In this document: positions 57,152 to 64,000 of the stretch, in pieces
How the letters are laid out: each line of letters starts with the position of its first letter
Position numbering within the stretch: the first letter of the stretch is position 1
Assembly: GCA_951406725.2 (NCBI GenBank)
Contig: OX597830.1
Span: 39,618,001-39,682,000 of the forward strand
Length of the DNA: 64,000 bases
Source: Octopus vulgaris
Taxonomy: Eukaryota
Reading direction: 5' to 3'
Made by a program: the position numbers and the translations under genes
Notes under the pieces: generated by a model
Database searches by the model: none
What the model saw: only the letters and a program-made list of their open reading frames with translations
Told to the model about the DNA's origin: nothing

Positions 57152-58222
57152 TACTTCCTGCCATCACTGCCGAACTAGCTGAACTTTGACTCGTCCGACC
57201 ACCACACATTCGACCATTCTGCTGGATTTCAATTCAAATGCTCTTATACGAACTGTATTTGGGCACGTCAATGTTTTTGAAGAAATGTATGGCTTTTTGC
57301 GAGAGTCTCTTTATTTTGATATACATCTTAATTCACAATTTACAACTTAAACACATGAAAAAAATGTTTTAACATCAGTATACTAGCGTTCTTAAATTAA
57401 ATAGCACCACTGTAGGTCTCCGTTTTCATGGGAGAACCTGAAGGCACGGGTTAAGTTAAAAAGAAACTTCACATCATATCTCCAGCCAGTTTGATCTTCA
57501 GTGACATGAGTTCCATTCTGGAAGGAGCCTTGGAGTTCTTCATAACTGTCATGAGTTCTTTGACACAAAAGTATTCGATGTTGGGCGAGTTGCTTGTGCC
57601 TGCTAGCTCCTCAGCCATATTAACGCGCAGGATTCTGTCCAAGACATGGTGTTGGCAGCTCACAAATTGTGGCTTGCCATAGCCTTTGCTCAAGAACATT
57701 CTTTGCAGCCTAACCACTACTCCACTCTTTCTTCCTGTATTCACACTTGGCGTATCAGCAATAATCATTGAGATTGCACCACACAAGTGAAATTCGTTCA
57801 AGACGCTTTTCAATCCTTCTGCAATCGTCTCAGCTTCAGAGCAGCCAGCATGATTTCACTTGTTTCATTCTTGATGACAACCGCTTGATATTCATTTCTG
57901 TCAATATGTTTATCAACGAAATGCAGGCTCTATTTCTGATTGCGTAGCGTATCGACAAAGTGTTTCTTCATTTCACCATTTTCCTTGAAGACTACTTTGT
58001 AAATAGCTTAGGTTTTGCATAAGAATACAAACATGGATTCATGGGTGAACTTTTTTAAAGATAGCTCAAAAGTGAGTTCACTTGAGTCACTTATGCATAA
58101 AAGCTCGTCTAAATATGATGCAGGAAATTGTTTTTGAGTTTTTAAAAATTATAAATTGAGGAAAAAAATTAAAAATTAAAAAGTCGTATCCCTAATGTAC
58201 ACATACTTACATACATACATAC

Positions 58223-58686
58223 ATGGTGGTGGCTGCCCCCTCATTATCGAGTATGGCCATTGCACGAAGCTTAATCAATATTGTTATCGTGCAATGCCTC
58301 TGCAAGAAGATTTTTTTTAAAGTGAGGAAAGGCGGTGCACTGAGTCAATCTCACTCACTAAGCAACATCAGCCATAATCCGAAAAGAAGAACAAGTCAAC
58401 GTCATCGGTAACCACTGAGTCGCAGGTTTATGTCGGAGTTATCCCAGTTACCTGAGTTACCTTCTCCTAGAAGGATGCCCTAACAAAGGCTAGGAGTCCT
58501 TCGCTCCCAATGGTTTAACCGCGCGATCAGGTATTCAGTCCGATTATTTCCATGTCCCCCCGCATGATACATCCTTAAGACATTTATTGGATGGCCGTTG
58601 ACTCTCAAGAGTTCCTCCGCCCTTTGACGGGTTTTGTTTTTCATCAAGCTTGGTGGGGTTGCCGGTTTAGTCGCCGACGACCCGAC
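58223..58686 (-). mobile_element. RTE-related non-autonomous retroelement (tentative)
   Basis: GC-richer unit between (CATA)n tracts; gagttaccttctcctag..aaggct and gagttcctccgccc segments recall RTE 5' UTRs in reverse. Confidence 0.4.
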
Positions 58687-59681
58687 ATACATACATACAT
58701 ACATACATACATGTGTGTGTGTGTGTGTGTGTATAATTATATCCCGAATCAATACATCTTTATGCCACCAAACACGTTGTAGGTAAATTCATTGTTATGT
58801 TTATGATCGTAAAACATATGCAGCGAGAGCAATCCAAAGGAAAAAAGGACTGAGTGTGGAGGTTAGTTCCAGGCTTGTAAAAGTGGATATAATACCGATG
58901 GTGAGAGGAGGAGGTGGAGGAGAAAGAATCTAAAACTACTTGCGTAGAGGTGGTATGTGATCATTCAGCTCTGAGGCGCAAAAGCTACGGTAGTAGTGAT
59001 ATATAATGTAAAGTGGAGGAGACTACGGTCTTTAGTGTTATTTCGTAAGACAGTCAAAGACAATTTGAGGAATATTTAGTTACTATTTTAGCAGGTATGC
59101 CAAGAAGGTACTAGCTAACTCGTCAGATATGTCAAAATAAGCTGATGACAATCTGTTCCACTGCTCAAATACTTTCATTCTATAGAATTTTGTAGAATGT
59201 TCCTTCTATAAATTTTAAGAAGTAAAAACCATACGATTTTTCGGTGGAACATTAATTTTTGTAAATTATCGAATAGGGAGATCCTTTATTAGTAAGTTAT
59301 AGTCTACATATGCTTTTTGAGTGATTTTTATGCATAGATGCACAGATGATGAAAACTTATCAGAATCTTTATCCAGAAGCAAGAGGTCGTAAAAGTATTG
59401 ATGGAGAGATTCGGCAGGATTTATTTGTTGTCTCGTACCAAGTTAATATCTTTCAGATATTTAGGTTTTGGTTTTTATAAATAAGTTTCATAAAGCTGAT
59501 AAAACATCCTAATATGAAATTTTGTACGACGCATAAACCGTATAGTTTAAAGTGACGTGTTTGGATAAAGTTTGTCTAGCTATGCTTTTACGAACTATAT
59601 CCTGACAAACATAGAAAGGTCACCATTTTCGGAGGGGGAACGAAGGTCATGGGTGTAGCGCTTTTATTCCTGATTAAGCCA

Positions 59682-59751
<70 letters not shown>

Positions 59752-61034
59752 AGAAACAATTAAAGTTAATGCAATAAAAAAGATTTCAAGAAAACTTTTT
59801 ACCGCCCTATAAAATGCTTACAGATTTTTGAATATATATAAGGTGGTAGAACATTTATTCTAGTTAAACCCATCTTTAATAGTCTATAATTTGGTGTAGG
59901 GAAAATAGCAAAGAAAAAAACCAATATCATACCTTATACTATTACACAACAATGAAGCAAATAAATAAAGCAAGAAAGAAAGAAAGTATTATACCATTTC
60001 ACTCACACTTTGATTTATCTCATGATGCAACACGTAACAGATTTTAAAAAAGAATCTATCAAACTGTCAGCATATCAACTAATGCAACAGATGACACCGC
60101 TTGCTACACGGATCGTCTGCATTCCTTGTATTATAACAGCATCGGCTGATACTAAAGATTTGTATAAAGTCATAACAGAGAATGAGGTAAAGAAAGAAAG
60201 GATGGAAGCAGAGGAGGGTGTGATAAAGAAAGGAGAAAGATAAAGAGGAGCATGAGCGTAGGAAGAGAAGAGGGTGGACGAGTGAGTGAGGAAAAAAGTG
60301 GAAACAGATGATAAATAGGAAAGAGAGGAAAGAGGGGAAAGAGTGAAAGGAGAAATGGAAAAGAGGAGGGTTACGAGAGAAGACAACATAAAGAGAGGAA
60401 GCTATGAGATGTTGGTGGGAGAGAAAAAGGGAATTGCTAAGAAGACAAAAGGAGCAGGAAAGTGTGAGAGATATCCTTAAAGAAGAAGGCTGATAAAGGG
60501 AAAGAGGAAAATCAATGGTGGTTACTGGGAGATTGTAATAAGAAGGACGCGGTGTAAGAGAGAAATTGGGTCGAAACAAAAACACAATGAGTAAACATAA
60601 AAAGAAGGAATGTTTTAGAGAAATAAACGAAGAAAAACGATGAGCCAGAAACATTTAAATATGGAGAAAGTTTGAAGAAAGAAGCAAAATAAATATGAAA
60701 GAAGATAAGCAGAGGTATAATTAGTAATATAGTTTGAAAAATAAATAAAACCATCAAAGGTCATTCGTGAAATTTTGGAGGAGAGGCGTAGTCGATTATA
60801 TCATCCAAATGCTGACTGGTACTTATTTCATCGATCCTTAAAAGATGAAAGATGAAGTCGGTCTCGGTGGTTGAACTAAGGACATAAATGCAGACGAAAT
60901 CCTGTTAAGCATTTTGTCCGGCGTACTGAAACAACATAGTACTAGATAAATGGTTTCTGAACTCTACAAACTCAAAGATTAGAGATTATCCCAGTTTCTA
61001 TGGCATTTAAGTGACAGAGGATAGAAAAGCTTTG

Positions 61035-61225
61035 TCACTGAACGGGGACCCAGGGGTACAAGGTTAATCCTCTAGATGCGACAGGTAATCGTTTACAACT
61101 GAATGGACTGAAACAACAGGTAAAATAAAATGACTTGCTCAAGGATACAGCATGCTCTTCGGTCTGAGAACTGAACCCATATCTTGACGATCGTGAACTT
61201 AACAGCCACACCACCAGGTCACGCA
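61035..61225 (-). mobile_element. Degenerate tRNA-headed SINE
   Basis: Reverse of gcgtgacctggtggtgtggc..gggttcagttctcagaccg..ttgagcaagtcattttatttt. Confidence 0.6.
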
Positions 61226-61552
61226 ACTTTATCGGTCACGTTACACATTCAAGAATGCCATAATGAATGATGCCTGGGTGTATTTTGTCGAAAGCCTGCT
61301 CAATCAGAGCTGACCAAGTGTTAAACAAGAACAGCAGCAAAAGCAGCAGTAGCGACAACAACAACAACAACAACAGCAATAATTGTAGCAACAACAACTA
61401 TAGCAACAACAATAAAAACGAGATGAAAAATGGCAAAATAGACGGAAATGAAAATAATAACAAATTCAACACCGAAAACACCAACAATAACGCATTTGAA
61501 AATATTAGGTAAAAGTTGAATAAAACGCGGGACGAAAGCGTTTATCAACAGC

Positions 61553-63397
61553 AAGAAGAAGAAGAAGAAGAAGAAGAAGAAGAAGAAGAAGAAGAAGAAG
61601 AAGAAGAAGAAGAAGAAGAAGAAGAAGAAGAAGAAGAAGAAGAAGAAGAAGAAGAAGAAGACCAAGAAGAAGAAGAAGAAGAAGAAGAAGAAGAAGAAGA
61701 AGGAAGGGGAGGAGGAAGAGAAGAAGAAGAAGAAGAAGAAGAAGAAGAAGAAGAAAGCAGAGGAAGACGTTAATAACAGCGACAACAACAAGAAACAAGG
61801 AATAGAAGGAAGAGGAACAGCAGCAGTAGCAGTAGCAGTAGCAGGAGGCGGAATAGAAGAAAAAGAAGAAGAAAGAAGAAGAAGAAGAAGAAGAAGAAGG
61901 AAGAAGAAGGAAGAAGAAGAAGAAGAAGAAGGAAGAGGAGAAGAAGAAGGAAGAGGAGGAGGAAGAGAAGAAGAAGAAGAAGAAGAAGAAGAAGAAGAAG
62001 AAGAGGCGAAGAAGAAGAAGGAAGAGGAGAAGAAGAAGGAAGAGGAGAAGAAGAAGGAAGAGGAGAAGAAGAAGGAAGAGGAGAAGAAGAAGGAAGAGGA
62101 GAAGAAGAAGGAAGAGGAGAAGAAGAAGGAAGAGGAGAAGAAGAAGGAAGAGGAGAAGAAGAAGGAAGAGGAGGAGGAAGAGAAGAAGAAGAAGAAGAAG
62201 AAGAAGAAGAAGAAGAAAGGAAGAAGAAGAAGGAAGAGGAGAAGAAGAAGGAAGGGAAGAAGAAGGAAGAGGAGAAGAAGAAGGAAGAAGAAGAAGGAAG
62301 AGGAGAAGAAGAAAGAAGAAGAAGGAAGAGGAGAAGAAGAAGGAAGAGGAGAAGAAGAAGAAGAGAGAAGAAGAAGAAGCAGGAGGCGGAATAGAAGAAG
62401 AAGAAGAAGAAGAAGAAGAAGAAGAAGAAGAAGAAGAAGAAGAAGGAAGAAGAGGCGAAGAAGAAGAAGGAAGAGGAGAAGAAGAAGGAAGAGGAGAAGA
62501 AGAAGGAAGAGGAGAAGAAGAAGGAAGAGGAGAAGAAGAAGGAAGAGAAGAAGAAGGAAGAGGAGAAGAAGGAAGGAAGAGGAGAAGAAGAAGGAAGAGG
62601 AGAAGAAGGAAGAGGAGAAGAAGAAGGAAGAGGAGAAGAAGGAAGAGGAGAAGAAGAAGGAAGAGGAGAAGAAGGGAAGAAGAAGAAGGAGAAGAAGGAA
62701 GAGGAGAAGAAGAAGGAAGAGGAGGAGGAAGAGAAGAAGAAGAAGAAGAAGAAGAAGAAGAAGAAGAAGAAGGAAGAAGAAGAAGAAGAAGAGGAGAGGA
62801 GAAGAAGAAGGAAGAGGAGAAGAAGGAAGAGAAGAAGAAGAAGAAGAAGAAGAAGAAGAAGAAGAAGAAGAAGGCGAAGAGGAGAAGAAGGAAGAGGAGA
62901 AGAAGAAGGAAGAGGAGGAGGAAGAGAAGAAGAAGAAGAAGAAGAAGAAGAAGGAAGAAGAGAAGAAGAAGAAGAAGGAAGAGGAGAAGAAGAAGGAAGA
63001 GGAGGAGGAAGAGAAGAAGAAGAAGAAGAAGAAGAAGAAGGAAGAAGAGGCGAAGAAGAAGAAGGAAGAGGAGAAGAAGAAGGAAGAGGAGAAGAAGAAG
63101 GAAGAGGAGAAGAAGAAGAAGGAAGAGGAGAAGAAGAAGAAGGAAGAGGAGAAGAAGAAGGAAGAGGAGAAGAAGAAGGAAGAGGAGAAGAAGAAGGAAG
63201 AGGAGAAGAAGAAGGAAGAGGAGGAGGAGAAGAAGAAGAAGAAGAAGAAGAAGAAGAAGAAGAGGAGGAGGAGGATGTGAGGAGGAGGAGAAGAAGGAAG
63301 AGGAGAAGAAGGAAGAAGAAGAAGAAGAAGAAGAAGAAGAAGAAGAAGAAGAAGAAGAAGAAGAAGAAGAAGAAGAAGAAGAAGAAGCAGGAGGAGG
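61553..63397. repeat. ~1.8-kb GAA/GAG polypurine tract with 15- and 18-bp higher-order units
   Basis: (GAA)n runs and (GAAGAAGAAGGAAGAGGA)n; almost no pyrimidines on + strand. Confidence 0.95.
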
Positions 63398-64000
63398 TCA
63401 ACAAACGTAATATCAAGTTAGTTCGTTTGTTAGAAGCATCAATCGTTGGACTGAATTCCAATTCAAAGAAAACCATAAAAGGCGAGTGAAGCCATATATA
63501 TAAAAAAAGGTGATTGTGCTTCGAGAAGGCGAGTTGAATCGTTCACAGAGAAGCATAATTATTTAAAAGTGCGTGACCAAAGCGATGAGAAGAGTGCAAA
63601 ACCACTTCAAGGCATTTGAAGTTACCTGAAGCAATTACGAAGCAAACAGGAATATCACAGCAACAAAACTGAAGCAGCAAAAATAACAAAAATCAAAATC
63701 ATCAACTGCAACACCAGCCCCGTATCAGCAGACCTATAGCAAATACATGAACAAAAAACAAACGCAGCCAGAAAAAACAGGCTGTTTTGAAAGACTGCTT
63801 CCTCTTCACATTACACAATAATCGCGGGGGAGCACTTTCTCTCAACGCAGTAAAAAAAGGGGGGTGGGGGAAACATGACCTTTCCTTGGACATTCCACTG
63901 TCTTTATGAGACTCCTCGTCTAGTTGCGGAGATTAATCGGTAGATGAATAGTTAGATGGACATCAGACAAACAAGTGAATGTTTCAATGTCCTAAAGTCA

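Larger units (their letters stand above)
54729..57412 (-). mobile_element. Outer Tc1-like transposon (internally deleted, interrupted)
   Basis: TA TSD (54727-28, 57413-14); TIRs cagtggcaccgtttaatttaagaatgctagtatact extend ~115 bp; transposase WSDESKF..GGSVMVWG..FQHDND..WPAQ*PDLNPIENLW. Confidence 0.9.
54300..58194 (-). pseudogene. hAT-like (hATm-type) transposase pseudogene interrupted by nested Tc1 elements
   Basis: Right part IIADTPSVNTGRKSGVVVRLQ..SCQHHVLDRILR (D..NTG..CxxH); left part NNARW..NQCCERAIKVMQEL; reading frame ENGDLPFIKFQK is restored across the TA insertion site. Confidence 0.7.

Noticed and set aside
53907-58195. tagggata / tatcccta as termini of the hAT-like element
   Set aside because: Only 8-9 bp of inverted match and no matching 8-bp TSD; left boundary left undefined.
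61770-63476. 568-aa Ser/Phe/Leu/Pro ORF
   Set aside because: A pyrimidine-only repeat strand lacks stop codons by composition; no domain or splice evidence.

Overview
Eukaryotic, AT-rich, repeat-dominated DNA in which I cannot identify a host protein-coding gene. The tRNA-headed SINE families, dense microsatellites and TTAGGG-type telomeric repeat suggest an octopus or other coleoid cephalopod genome (inference). The central feature is a ~7.15-kb degenerate (CCCTAA)n telomeric array at 14374-21530 with unique DNA on both sides. It sits inside a co-oriented train of (TAA)n-inserted retroelements: R4/Dong-like 3' ends on the right and two tandem copies of a ~550-bp non-coding element on the left. 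Other content: several R4/Dong-like (RT + restriction-like endonuclease) fragments; a Penelope-like element (RT + GIY-YIG) with a minimal hammerhead ribozyme; L1/Tx1-like and CRE-like LINE fragments; a three-level nest of DNA transposons (Tc1 in Tc1 in a hAT-like transposase); a MITE with an 8-bp TSD carrying telomeric repeats; at least four SINE families; and a ~1.8-kb GAA/GAG purine tract. Most ORFs in the supplied track are microsatellite artefacts. Boundaries were read by eye and are approximate unless a TSD or TIR is quoted. Family names come from recalled motifs, not database searches.
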